Assembly (NCBI GenBank): GCA_022563755.1
Contig: JADFMT010000001.1
Span: 1 to 46,751 of the forward strand
DNA length: 46,751 bases
Source: Patescibacteria group bacterium
Lineage (GTDB): Bacteria > Patescibacteriota > Minisyncoccia > HO2-45-28
Direction: 5' to 3'
The stretch's first letter is position 1; each line of letters starts with the position of its first letter. Below the pieces are notes generated by a model. It ran no database searches. It was not told the origin of the DNA and saw only the letters and a list, made by a program, of their open reading frames with translations. Both the position numbers and the translations under genes were made by a program. Below are positions 17,584-25,936 of this stretch, in pieces.

Positions 17584-17778
17584 CCTGTTTACAACTTAAG
17601 GAAAAAGTGTGTTTATTTTTTAAAGAATTAAAACGGTAGTAAATTATTCACACTTTATTCAGAAGAAATTAAAAAATAAAATTTAGAAATCACTTTCGTT
17701 TGTAATAAAAAAATGGTTTTCCACTTATCCACAAACTAATCTACAACTACTTTATAAATTATTAATATATATATTCGT
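17584..17778. promoter_or_regulatory. Candidate oriC (dnaA-dnaN spacer with DnaA boxes and AT-rich unwinding stretch)
   Basis: Perfect TTATCCACA at 17725-17733 and one-mismatch TTATTCACA at 17644-17652, in the same orientation. An almost pure A/T run at 17741-17775 sits just upstream of dnaN. Confidence 0.55.
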
Positions 17779-18879
17779 ATGGAATTTACTTGTTTAAAAG
17801 AACAACTTCAAAAAAGCCTGCAATTAGCAGAGCGTCATATAGATCGCGCCTCAACTATTCCTATTCTTAAAGGAATTTTATTAAAAACAGATAAAAATAC
17901 TTTAATTATTCGTTCAACAGATCTTAATACAGGATTTGAAACCTATATATCAGCACAAATTAAAAAAGAAGGAACGATTGTTATTCCTGCGCGTCCCAGT
18001 ATCTCACTCATATCTTCTATAACAGGAGAAAAGACCCGTATTTTATCTCTTAACAATAATATGAATCTTATTACTAAAAATACCACTACAGTAATTAAGG
18101 GGTATCCACACGAAGAATTTCCAAAACTTCCTGAAATAAAAAATGGTGAGAAAATAATTTTCTCTATTCGGGATTTATTAAAGCAGTTAAAAAGCGTTTT
18201 TTTTGCTGCCTCGCAATCGGATATAAAACCAGAAATCTCAAGTATTTTATTCAAGGGCGACTCTAATCAGCTTATTAAAATAGCAGCTACCGATTCATTT
18301 CGCCTGGCTGAGAAATCATTTAAAGCTCATTATAATAAACCCTTTTCTTTTTTATTTCCTGTGCGTCGCGCCATCGAATTTATTAAGATACTTGAAGGTT
18401 TTAATGGGGAAGTTGAAGTTATTTTTGATCAGCAACAGTTATGTGCTCTTCATCCCTCTTTTTCTTATTTTACAAGACTAACAGAGGGTAGATTTCCAGA
18501 TTACGAACAGATTATCCCCACCACCTTTAGCACAGAAGGAACAATTAGCCGGCGCGAACTTATTGAAAACCTAAAACTTGCAGGTATATTTTCAGGGCGG
18601 ATGAAGGAGGTTCACCTTCGGGTTTACCCAAACGATAATCTTTTAGAAATATCTACTCAGGATAGTGAACTAGGGGAGCACGTAAGTCGTTTGTCTATTC
18701 GGGCAACTGGAGAGAATATAGATATGTCATTTAATCAGCGATATATTTTAGATGGCTTGGAACCCATTGAATCCGAACAAGTTATTCTTCGATTCAGTGG
18801 CGCGGGCCGCCCGCTCACGATTCAAAATCCACAAGATTTATCATATACTTATTTAGTTATGCCGATGAAAAATCCATAA
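17779..18879 (+). CDS. dnaN: DNA polymerase III beta sliding clamp
   Basis: 366 aa, directly after dnaA. Typical N-terminus (MEFTCLKEQLQKSLQLAERHIDRASTIPILKGILL), ATDSFRLAEK and the C-terminal end YLVMPMK. Confidence 0.85.
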   Translation: MEFTCLKEQLQKSLQLAERHIDRASTIPILKGILLKTDKNTLIIRSTDLNTGFETYISAQIKKEGTIVIPARPSISLISSITGEKTRILSLNNNMNLITKNTTTVIKGYPHEEFPKLPEIKNGEKIIFSIRDLLKQLKSVFFAASQSDIKPEISSILFKGDSNQLIKIAATDSFRLAEKSFKAHYNKPFSFLFPVRRAIEFIKILEGFNGEVEVIFDQQQLCALHPSFSYFTRLTEGRFPDYEQIIPTTFSTEGTISRRELIENLKLAGIFSGRMKEVHLRVYPNDNLLEISTQDSELGEHVSRLSIRATGENIDMSFNQRYILDGLEPIESEQVILRFSGAGRPLTIQNPQDLSYTYLVMPMKNP

Positions 18880-18885
18880 CAAAAC

Positions 18886-19158
18886 ATGCCATTCAGACAG
18901 ATCACGGATTTTTTAAAAAGATTTGAAAAAATCTCGCATAACCATGAGATCATTGAAAAAGAAGCTATAAAATGGTGCGAATCTCGCGCCCTGATAGATC
19001 CTTGTGGGTTGAAAATAGAAATGAGGCATCCGCGTTTGATTATAAAAACCCAGAGCATGGCGTTAAAAAACTCTATTTTTCTTACACAAACCGCATTACT
19101 ACGCGAGCTTAAAAAGAAATTCGGCCAGAGAGCGCCAACAATTATTTCTTTTAAATAA
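18886..19158 (+). CDS. Small DUF721/DciA-like protein (tentative)
   Basis: 90-aa ORF 6 nt after dnaN. The C-terminal pattern RLIIKTQSMALKNSIFLTQTALLRELKKKFGQRAPTIISFK resembles the DUF721 layout (L.V.v.s...a.eL......l...l......i..I.F). Confidence 0.35.
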   Translation: MPFRQITDFLKRFEKISHNHEIIEKEAIKWCESRALIDPCGLKIEMRHPRLIIKTQSMALKNSIFLTQTALLRELKKKFGQRAPTIISFK

Positions 19159-19160
19159 TT

Positions 19161-21326
19161 CTAATTTCCTATATGGATATTTTGATTTTTTACCCATTCA
19201 AGAATGGGATATTCCCATAATGCAAATTGTGGATCGCGCTCCGGCTTTTCTGGAGACGGTCCTTGCGGGTCTTTTTTATCAACCCAGTAGAGAATCGAGT
19301 GGACTTGGGCTTTTTCTTCCCCTCTCCATTCGCCCCGCAAGACCGGCTTTTCTACCGTTATGGGTTCTGGGAGAAAAAAATCTTTTTTCTCAAGCGTTTT
19401 AAGCGCCTCTTTAAAAAACGCATTCCACAAAGGAGCGGCAATAAAACCCGCAACCCTTTTTTCCATGGAAGAATTGTCGTTATTTCCAAACCAGACTCCG
19501 AGTGCAAAATTAGGGACATATCCAATCACCCACGCATCACGAAAATCATTCGTGGTCCCCGTTTTTACTGCTACGATACGACCAGGAAAATAAAGATAAG
19601 AAAATTCGCCAAATGCAGGCGCGCGGGCTTCATTATCTGAGAGAATATCGTTAATGAGGCGGGCTATCTGCGGTTCGAGCGCTTGATAGGGGGAGGGGCG
19701 ATATTCTTCGAGCACGTTACCTTTAGAATCTTCCACTTTAAGAACCGAGGTAATCTGGTTTCTTACGCCGTCATTGGCAAAAACACTATACGCCCCGACC
19801 ATTTCTAACAGTTTTACTTCTCCTCCTCCTAAAACCAGCGTTAAACCGTAGCGATAAGGATCCGTTAAGGTTGTAATACCTAAGTCTCGTGCAGTTTTTA
19901 AAGAGTCGAAAAGACCGGCTAAGTAAAGAGTTTTTACAGAGGGGAGATTGATCGATTGTGCTAGGGCTTCTCGAAGCGTAACCGGTCCTCGAAAAATTCC
20001 ATCATAATTTACCGGATGATAGCATGGATTTTCCCCGACCGTTATTTTTTTTGGAGACTCTTTTTGTTTTCGGACGTCGGCATCGCAATCCGGATTAAAC
20101 TCGGTAGGCAAGTCAAATAAAGAGGTCTCGGGAGTGAATCCTTTTTTAAACGCTGTCGCATAGACAAATGGTTTAAATAAGGAACCTGGTTGTCTGCCGA
20201 GTGCATAAGAGGTGACATTCACTTTGGGCTCAAATCTACAATTAACGCCGGGCGTACATCCTTCAGGTAGAGGATCGGCGAACCAGTCTCGCGAGCCAAC
20301 CATAGTGAGGATTCCTCCGGTTTCAGGATCAATCGCCACCAGCCCCGCATTTGATACGTTAAATTTATCCTCTTCTTCTTCGATAAATTTTTTTGTTAAT
20401 GCTTCTGCTTTTTGCTGCAGTTCCCAATTAAGCGTTGTCGTGACTTTGAGGCCACCTTTTTCTATGGCATCCTCACCATATTTTTTTGCTAAATATTCGC
20501 GTACATAGAATACGAAATGAGGAGCTTTTAAGGTTTCGTTCCCGCGTGTGATAAATTTAACCGTTTCACTCTTTGCATCTTCAAACTCTTTTTGGGTAAT
20601 GAAGTTGTCGGCACGCATTCTCTTTAGAATTAAATTTTTCCTTTTTTCCAATTGGTCACGGTTTGAACCATAAGGAGAGTAAAGTGTGGGGGCTTTTGGG
20701 AGCGCTGCCAAGTAGGCCGCTTCTGTCAAGGTGAGATCTTGAATTTTTTTGCCGAAATAGATTTCTGTTGCGGCTGCAACCCCGTAGGCCGAGGCGCCGT
20801 ATGGAATTTCATTAAGATAAAAACTAAGAATTTCTTCTTTAGAAAATGCGCGTTCAACTTTAAATGCTAAAATAACCTCTTTGACTTTACGATTTAAGGT
20901 TCGCTCCGGCGTTAGAAGTGTATTTTTAACCAATTGCTGGGTAATGGTAGACCCTCCTTGGCGAATGCTGCCCGAGAAAAGATTTACAAAAAAAGCGCGG
21001 ACGATCGAGGATAGATCAATGCCAGGATGGTTATAGAAATCAGAATCTTCGATAGTAACCGTAGCATTTTTTATGTTGCGCGGGATTTCCTCAAATGGCA
21101 CGATGGTCCGCTGAATATCGCTATGGATATCGTAGAGGAGCACTTTTCCTGTCTGGTCATAGATTTTGGTAGACTCAATAATTTTGCGTTGTCCAAAGGC
21201 ATCAAAATCAGGAATATCGAGCGTGAGTATCCAAAGCGCTACAGCACCAACCATGCCTAGAGCCAAAAAACCCCCTCGTAAAACAAGGAATTTTAGAAAA
21301 CGTGGCCTTTTTTCGCGTCTGATCAT
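19161..21326 (-). CDS. Class A penicillin-binding protein (glycosyltransferase GT51 + transpeptidase)
   Basis: N-terminal TM, GT51 motifs EDSDFYNHPGID and RQGGSTITQQLVKN, and transpeptidase motifs SLFK (SxxK), SIN (SxN) and KTGTTN (KTG). Confidence 0.9.
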   Translation of the reverse strand: MIRREKRPRFLKFLVLRGGFLALGMVGAVALWILTLDIPDFDAFGQRKIIESTKIYDQTGKVLLYDIHSDIQRTIVPFEEIPRNIKNATVTIEDSDFYNHPGIDLSSIVRAFFVNLFSGSIRQGGSTITQQLVKNTLLTPERTLNRKVKEVILAFKVERAFSKEEILSFYLNEIPYGASAYGVAAATEIYFGKKIQDLTLTEAAYLAALPKAPTLYSPYGSNRDQLEKRKNLILKRMRADNFITQKEFEDAKSETVKFITRGNETLKAPHFVFYVREYLAKKYGEDAIEKGGLKVTTTLNWELQQKAEALTKKFIEEEEDKFNVSNAGLVAIDPETGGILTMVGSRDWFADPLPEGCTPGVNCRFEPKVNVTSYALGRQPGSLFKPFVYATAFKKGFTPETSLFDLPTEFNPDCDADVRKQKESPKKITVGENPCYHPVNYDGIFRGPVTLREALAQSINLPSVKTLYLAGLFDSLKTARDLGITTLTDPYRYGLTLVLGGGEVKLLEMVGAYSVFANDGVRNQITSVLKVEDSKGNVLEEYRPSPYQALEPQIARLINDILSDNEARAPAFGEFSYLYFPGRIVAVKTGTTNDFRDAWVIGYVPNFALGVWFGNNDNSSMEKRVAGFIAAPLWNAFFKEALKTLEKKDFFLPEPITVEKPVLRGEWRGEEKAQVHSILYWVDKKDPQGPSPEKPERDPQFALWEYPILEWVKNQNIHIGN

Positions 21327-21334
21327 TTACGCTG

Positions 21335-21340
21335 TATAAT
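21335..21340 (+). promoter_or_regulatory. TATAAT -10 hexamer upstream of tyrS
   Basis: gctgtataat at 21331-21340, followed by an 8-bp leader hairpin agggtaaa / tttaccct (21364-21390). Confidence 0.3.
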
Positions 21341-21406
21341 AACATCTTTTAGCATTTTTCGCAAGGGTAAATTGAAGGCAGGTTTACCCTATGATAAGCT
21401 GAGGAA

Positions 21407-22609
21407 ATGATAAGAGGTTTGAATGAAAAATTAACCGATCTTTTTAGCCGAAGCGTTGAAAGGGTTATCGGTAAAGAGGAGTTGGAGGAGAAATTAAAAT
21501 CGGGCAAAAAACTGCGAATTAAATACGGGGTCGATGTTACTGCTCCATTTTTACACATTGGTCACGCGGTTAACCTTTGGCTGATGCGCGCTTTTCAAGA
21601 GGAGGGGCATAAAGTGGTTTTTCTCATTGGGGATTTTACAACAAAAATTGGGGATCCTACCGGTAGAGTCGAGATGCGCCCCTCTATCTCAGATGCCGCA
21701 ATAAAAAAGGGCGCAGCAGAATTTAAAAAACAGGTTTCAAAAATTTTACTAACCGACAAAAAAGTTTTTGAAGAAAGAAGAAATTCCGAGTGGTATAGCC
21801 GCATGAAAACCACAGATTTTATTACCCTACTTGGGCGCCTTACTCATGCACGCCTTATTGAACGAGACATGTTTCAAGAGCGCATAAGAAACAAGCGAGA
21901 AATCTATATGCACGAGTTAATCTATCCAATCCTTCAGGGCTATGATTCGGTAATGTTGAGGTCCGACTTCACTATTATCGGATCCGACCAACTTTTTAAT
22001 GAAATGGTGGGCCGAAGGCTACAAGAAAAATATAGCCAAGAGCCGCAAGTAATCGCGCTTACGCGAATTACGCCGGGTATTCGCGGTGGCGTAAAACAGT
22101 CCAAAAGTTTAGGAAATTATATTGGGCTTGAAGATTCGCCTCGAGAAAAATTCGGAAAGGTTATGAGTATACCCGACGAGCTTATAATTCCGTATTTTGA
22201 AATTTACACGTTAAAACCGATGGAGGAGATTCGAAGGACGGAGCGCGATCTTAAAGCCAAAAAAGTAAATCCGATGCTATTAAAAATGGAGCTTGCCCGT
22301 GGTATTGCTTGCCGATATCACGCGAAAGCCGAGGTAGATAGCGCAGAGACTTTTTTCACAAAAACCTTCCAAGAAAAAGAAATGCCCAAAAATATTCCTG
22401 CAAAAAAAATCAAGAAAGGAGAAGAGATAATCCAGACCCTTATAAAATCAGGGTTAACAAATTCTGCCTCTGAAGCAAGGCGTCTTATCCACGCCGGAGC
22501 TGTTGAAATAGATGGGAAAGCGATTTCTGATGTACACCATAAAATAGAGAAACCAGGGGTTATACGCGTAGGGAAGAAAAAGTTTTTAAAAATTATTTTT
22601 GAAAAATGA
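21407..22609 (+). CDS. tyrS: Tyrosyl-tRNA synthetase with C-terminal S4-like domain
   Basis: HIGH motif (PFLHIGHAVNL), GDFTTKIGDPTGR, KMSKS-like KQSKSLGN, and a C-terminal S4 pattern SEARRLIHAGAVEIDGKAISD. Confidence 0.85.
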   Translation: MIRGLNEKLTDLFSRSVERVIGKEELEEKLKSGKKLRIKYGVDVTAPFLHIGHAVNLWLMRAFQEEGHKVVFLIGDFTTKIGDPTGRVEMRPSISDAAIKKGAAEFKKQVSKILLTDKKVFEERRNSEWYSRMKTTDFITLLGRLTHARLIERDMFQERIRNKREIYMHELIYPILQGYDSVMLRSDFTIIGSDQLFNEMVGRRLQEKYSQEPQVIALTRITPGIRGGVKQSKSLGNYIGLEDSPREKFGKVMSIPDELIIPYFEIYTLKPMEEIRRTERDLKAKKVNPMLLKMELARGIACRYHAKAEVDSAETFFTKTFQEKEMPKNIPAKKIKKGEEIIQTLIKSGLTNSASEARRLIHAGAVEIDGKAISDVHHKIEKPGVIRVGKKKFLKIIFEK

Positions 22610-22633
22610 GAGTAGTAGATATAAAGCATTAAA

Positions 22634-22673
22634 AAACACAACACCCCCCCGAATTCGGGGGGGTGTTGTGTTT
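22634..22673. terminator. 40-nt perfect palindrome, GC-cored hairpin terminator shared by convergent units
   Basis: aaacacaacaccccccc gaattc gggggggtgttgtgttt: 17-bp arms around a GAATTC centre, 25 nt after the tyrS stop and 14 nt after the stop of the minus-strand acidic micro-ORF. Confidence 0.7.
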
Positions 22674-22686
22674 CGTGATTGAAAAC

Positions 22687-22839
22687 TTATGCTATTTCTT
22701 CTTCCTCATCTTCATCTCCTTCAAGATCTTCTGCACTTGTGTCTTCCGTTTCGTCTTCCGGTTCATCTTCATCTTGAAGAGAAGGGTGAGCGTAGCCGCC
22801 GTAATGCCACATAGAGTGTTTAAGGTTAGTAATAACCAT
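22687..22839 (-). CDS. Possible 50-aa extremely acidic micro-protein (below ORF-track cutoff)
   Basis: Hand translation gives MVITNLKHSMWHYGGYAHPSLQDEDEPEDETEDTSAEDLEGDEDEEEEIA. It is bounded upstream by an in-frame TAA, with an alternative start at Met10 (22812). No convincing SD. It lies between ruvC and the palindromic terminator. Confidence 0.25.
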   Translation of the reverse strand: MVITNLKHSMWHYGGYAHPSLQDEDEPEDETEDTSAEDLEGDEDEEEEIA

Positions 22840-22966
22840 TGACGATCTTCTATACCCGCCACCAGGCGGATTTTATCACTATAAAAAAATCAAATTCTTT
22901 GTAAAGAGCTATTTGAGGGGATGTGGATAAGTTTTGGAACTGGAAACCGGGAATTGGATTTTAGGG

Positions 22967-23437
22967 TTAGATATTTCGTAGAGAGGTAAACGCGATAGCA
23001 ACCGCATCAACGGCATCGTCGTACTTCAAAGGAGTTTCAATTTTAAAAATGAGATTAACCATTTTTTCCACCTGTTTTTTATCTGCCCGTCCGTATCCGC
23101 ATATAGCCAGTTTAATTTCAGGAGGAGAAAATTCGTAAACCCGCAAATTTTTAGCAAGATACAAAATTATCCCCCGGGTCTCGGCTACGCGCATAACAGT
23201 TTTTTGATTGGTATTAAAAAAAAGTTTTTCTATTGCAAGTACATCGGGATTATATTTTTTAAGAAGACTCTTAAATTCTTTCCCGATTTTTTGCAAACGT
23301 TTTTCGTATAATTCTTGTTTTGAGGTTTGGATACAATCGGCGATAATCAGTTTTTCTTGGCCTTCATCCAATTTTTCGATTATTGCGTAACCCAGACGAC
23401 CATAGCCCGGATCAATGCCTAAAATTCGCCTTCTCAT
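22967..23437 (-). CDS. ruvC: Holliday junction resolvase RuvC
   Basis: ILGIDPGYGRLGYAIIE (first catalytic Asp), LAIEKLFF and DDAVDAVAIAF near the C-terminus. yebC-ruvC order. Confidence 0.85.
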   Translation of the reverse strand: MRRRILGIDPGYGRLGYAIIEKLDEGQEKLIIADCIQTSKQELYEKRLQKIGKEFKSLLKKYNPDVLAIEKLFFNTNQKTVMRVAETRGIILYLAKNLRVYEFSPPEIKLAICGYGRADKKQVEKMVNLIFKIETPLKYDDAVDAVAIAFTSLRNI

Positions 23438-23973
23438 TATAAATTGGTATTCGTATAAATATCATTAACGTCATCGTGTTCATCGAGCACCTCAAAAAGC
23501 TTCATGAGGGCTTCTTTTATTTTTTCGTCCACCGGTATGGGGGAGGTCGCATGCCAACCATCCTCAGTTTTTTGAAATAAAAAACGCGCAGATCCAGGAG
23601 CCGCTAATTTTGCGCCGTGCTCCCCTAAAATATGCTTTATCTCCTGATTAGTGCGGTTTTTATTATCCGTAATCCCAGCAATTAAAATCGCAACTCCTCC
23701 GGGCCCGTACGCTTCAAAAAGAACTTCCTCAAGTCTTGCCTCCTCGCTCCCGCCTGCCCGCTTGATCGCGCGCTCAATATTACCCGCAGGCATATTTGCT
23801 TCTTTTGCTTTCTCAATTGCGGAGCGCAGGATTGAATTTGTAGTCGGGTCTCGCCCTTTCTCGCGGGCGGCCATCGTAATCGTTCGCGCAAGTTTTGAGA
23901 AATGTTTGCTTTTTTGCGCATCCGTTAACGCCTTTTTATGTTTAATTTGAGACCAGCGGGAGTGACCACTCAT
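23437..23973 (-). CDS. yebC: YebC/PmpR-family protein, unusually short (178 aa)
   Basis: MSGHSRWSQIKHKKALTDAQKSKHFSKLARTITMAAREKG, NMPAGNIERAIKR, YGPGGVAILIAGITDNKNRT and a C-terminal DDVNDIY. Confidence 0.8.
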   Translation of the reverse strand: MSGHSRWSQIKHKKALTDAQKSKHFSKLARTITMAAREKGRDPTTNSILRSAIEKAKEANMPAGNIERAIKRAGGSEEARLEEVLFEAYGPGGVAILIAGITDNKNRTNQEIKHILGEHGAKLAAPGSARFLFQKTEDGWHATSPIPVDEKIKEALMKLFEVLDEHDDVNDIYTNTNL

Positions 23974-24470
23974 TGTTTAGGTTTTATCTTCCTAATTTCC
24001 GATAAAATCACATTTTTTACCCGATCTACATCAGGAATGTCACGCGCAACAAAACTTTGCTCCCCTGCGGTTTGAACCCGGAGATTGCCGTAGCGAAGAA
24101 TGGTTGCAAGAAAACTCGGAATCTCGACCGTAACATCTTGAATTTTAGAAAGCATGAACTCCGATGCTTCTCGCTTGAACATTCCTTTTTGCTCAACATC
24201 AATGATCCGTTCATTCGTCACAATCCAGATATCAAGGTAATAATCAAACCACAAAACAAATGCTATAAAGGTTACGGTAAGAAGATAGAGAGTAAAAAGA
24301 TAAAAAACAAGCGGCAAAAGTAAGTCCGGGAGATTAAAAAGCGGGAGAAAAATAAGGAAGAAAAGCGCGCTGGAAAGCAGCAAAATCACCATGGTCATTT
24401 TGCTTGCAATGACAATCCAATGGCGGTGAAAGGCAACAATAACTTTCTCTCCTTCGTGTAGTTTTAGCAT
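23970..24470 (-). CDS. Membrane protein with bacterial PH (bPH_2/YdbT-like) domain
   Basis: LHEGEKVIVAFHRHWIV, then two TM helices, then a soluble domain ending LRVQTAGEQSFVARDIPDVDRV. This is the typical bPH_2 architecture. Confidence 0.5.
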   Translation of the reverse strand: MLKLHEGEKVIVAFHRHWIVIASKMTMVILLLSSALFFLIFLPLFNLPDLLLPLVFYLFTLYLLTVTFIAFVLWFDYYLDIWIVTNERIIDVEQKGMFKREASEFMLSKIQDVTVEIPSFLATILRYGNLRVQTAGEQSFVARDIPDVDRVKNVILSEIRKIKPKQ

Positions 24471-24477
24471 GCAAGCA

Positions 24478-24726
24478 TTAAGGTTGAGGAACTAATGTGG
24501 GAACTAATGTAGGCGCTAAAGTCAAAAGCGCTTCCCACGGAACAAAAAATAAGAGAATGGTGGAGGTTATCATTAAGATTAGAGAAATTAAAAGAAAAGG
24601 TCCAATGACCCGCCGAGCCGGATCTTTGGGCAAGCTATATTTGCGATAGTGCCACAAAAGCGCTGCTACAATGAGCGTGTAGATTACAAGAAAAGTTAAA
24701 TGAATTAAAAGCGCAAACAAAGTCAT
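24478..24726 (-). CDS. Small 2-3 TM membrane protein
   Basis: 82-aa hydrophobic ORF. Its start overlaps the ruvB stop by 4 nt (ATGA), suggesting coupled translation. Confidence 0.45.
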   Translation of the reverse strand: MTLFALLIHLTFLVIYTLIVAALLWHYRKYSLPKDPARRVIGPFLLISLILMITSTILLFFVPWEALLTLAPTLVPTLVPQP

Positions 24727-25730
24727 AAGAGCGGGGATTGCGGTGGACTTTTGCCAAGATGTTGCCAGGCGTGCGCCGTAGCCACGCGTCCCCTGGGAGT
24801 GCGTTCAATAAAACCAAGGCGCAGAAGATAAGGTTCATAAACTTCTTCAATAGTTTGAATATCTTCAGAAGTTGCTGCAGCCAAGGTACCTAAACCAACC
24901 GGCCCTCCTTTAAATTTAGTCATTAAAACATCAAGGACTTTGCGATCTGCTTCCTCTAAGCCTTTTTGATCAATGCCCAGAAGATCAAGTGTTTTTAATA
25001 CGACATCTTCATCAATGCCGGAAACTTTATGAACTTGCGCCCAGTCACGAGCGCGTTTTAGCAGACGATTTGCAATCCGGGGGGTGAAGCGTGAACGCTC
25101 GGCAATGATAGATAGCGCCTTCGGGCGTATGGTAATGCCCAAGATATGGGCAGATCTTGAGAGAATTTTTTCTATCTCAGGGACGGTATAGTAATCCAGC
25201 CTTAAAACTCCGCCCGAAAAACGAGATCGCAAGGGACTCGAAAGAAGGGCGATTCGAGTTGTGGCTGCAATTAGCGTGAAAGAAGGAAGTTCGAGCTGAA
25301 TAGATCTTGCGCCTGGTCCCTTGCCAATAATAATATCGAGCGAGCGCGACTCCATGGCTGGATAAAGGACCTCCTCAATCGTTTTATTCAGGCGATGCAC
25401 CTCGTCAATAAAGAGAATATTTCCGGACGTGAGATTGGTCAGAAGGGAAGCCAAATCTCCTACCCGTTCAATGGCAGGACCTGAGGTAATTCTTATTGCC
25501 GACCCCATTTCTTTGGCAATCAGATGCGCTAGGGTCGTTTTTCCTAGGCCCGCAGGGCCGTAGAGCAAGATATGTTCTAAGGCCTCGTTTCTTTCTTTGG
25601 CGGCCTGCATAAGAATCTCAAGACCTTTTTTTATAGGCTCTTGTCCGATATAATGCTCCCAATCCAATGGACGTAGGGCTTTTTCTAAACCAATGTCTTC
25701 TTTTTTTTGCTCAGGTTGGTTAAGCGGCAT
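24723..25730 (-). CDS. ruvB: Holliday junction branch-migration helicase RuvB
   Basis: Walker [15 protein letters not shown], Walker [11 protein letters not shown], and the sensor and winged-helix regions ([15 protein letters not shown]-like: [15 protein letters not shown]). Confidence 0.95.
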   Translation of the reverse strand: MPLNQPEQKKEDIGLEKALRPLDWEHYIGQEPIKKGLEILMQAAKERNEALEHILLYGPAGLGKTTLAHLIAKEMGSAIRITSGPAIERVGDLASLLTNLTSGNILFIDEVHRLNKTIEEVLYPAMESRSLDIIIGKGPGARSIQLELPSFTLIAATTRIALLSSPLRSRFSGGVLRLDYYTVPEIEKILSRSAHILGITIRPKALSIIAERSRFTPRIANRLLKRARDWAQVHKVSGIDEDVVLKTLDLLGIDQKGLEEADRKVLDVLMTKFKGGPVGLGTLAAATSEDIQTIEEVYEPYLLRLGFIERTPRGRVATAHAWQHLGKSPPQSPLL

Positions 25731-25778
25731 GGTCTTGACAACTATAAGGTTTTTTGTTACCCTTTATGCGAATTGATG

Positions 25779-25935
25779 TGCCGCAAAGTCTCTAGGCAAA
25801 TATATTTAAATTGGACTTTACTTTAAGGGCGACTTGGTTTCCTCCGCGTTGAGGTTCAGGCTCGATCATTTCTTTAGAAAAGTCCGAAGCTTGTAGATTC
25901 CCTCTATAAGCCACTTGCCTAGAGACTTTGCGGCA
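25779..25935. repeat. Perfect 21-bp inverted repeat bracketing a 115-nt spacer in the pilB-ruvB intergenic region
   Basis: tgccgcaaagtctctaggcaa (25779-25799) versus ttgcctagagactttgcggca (25915-25935). The right arm ends 1 nt from the pilB stop codon. Confidence 0.9.
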
Positions 25936-25936
25936 T

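Noticed and set aside
21327-21406. T-box riboswitch upstream of tyrS
   Set aside because: The leader is only about 70 nt and contains one short hairpin. It has no specifier loop/T-box architecture, which needs about 200 nt or more.
22922-22930. Perfect DnaA box (TGTGGATAA) between ruvC and the acidic micro-ORF. Also ATATCCACA at about 1413.
   Set aside because: A single perfect 9-mer in either orientation is expected about 0.4 times by chance in 46.7 kb. It is isolated, with no box cluster or AT-rich unwinding element nearby.
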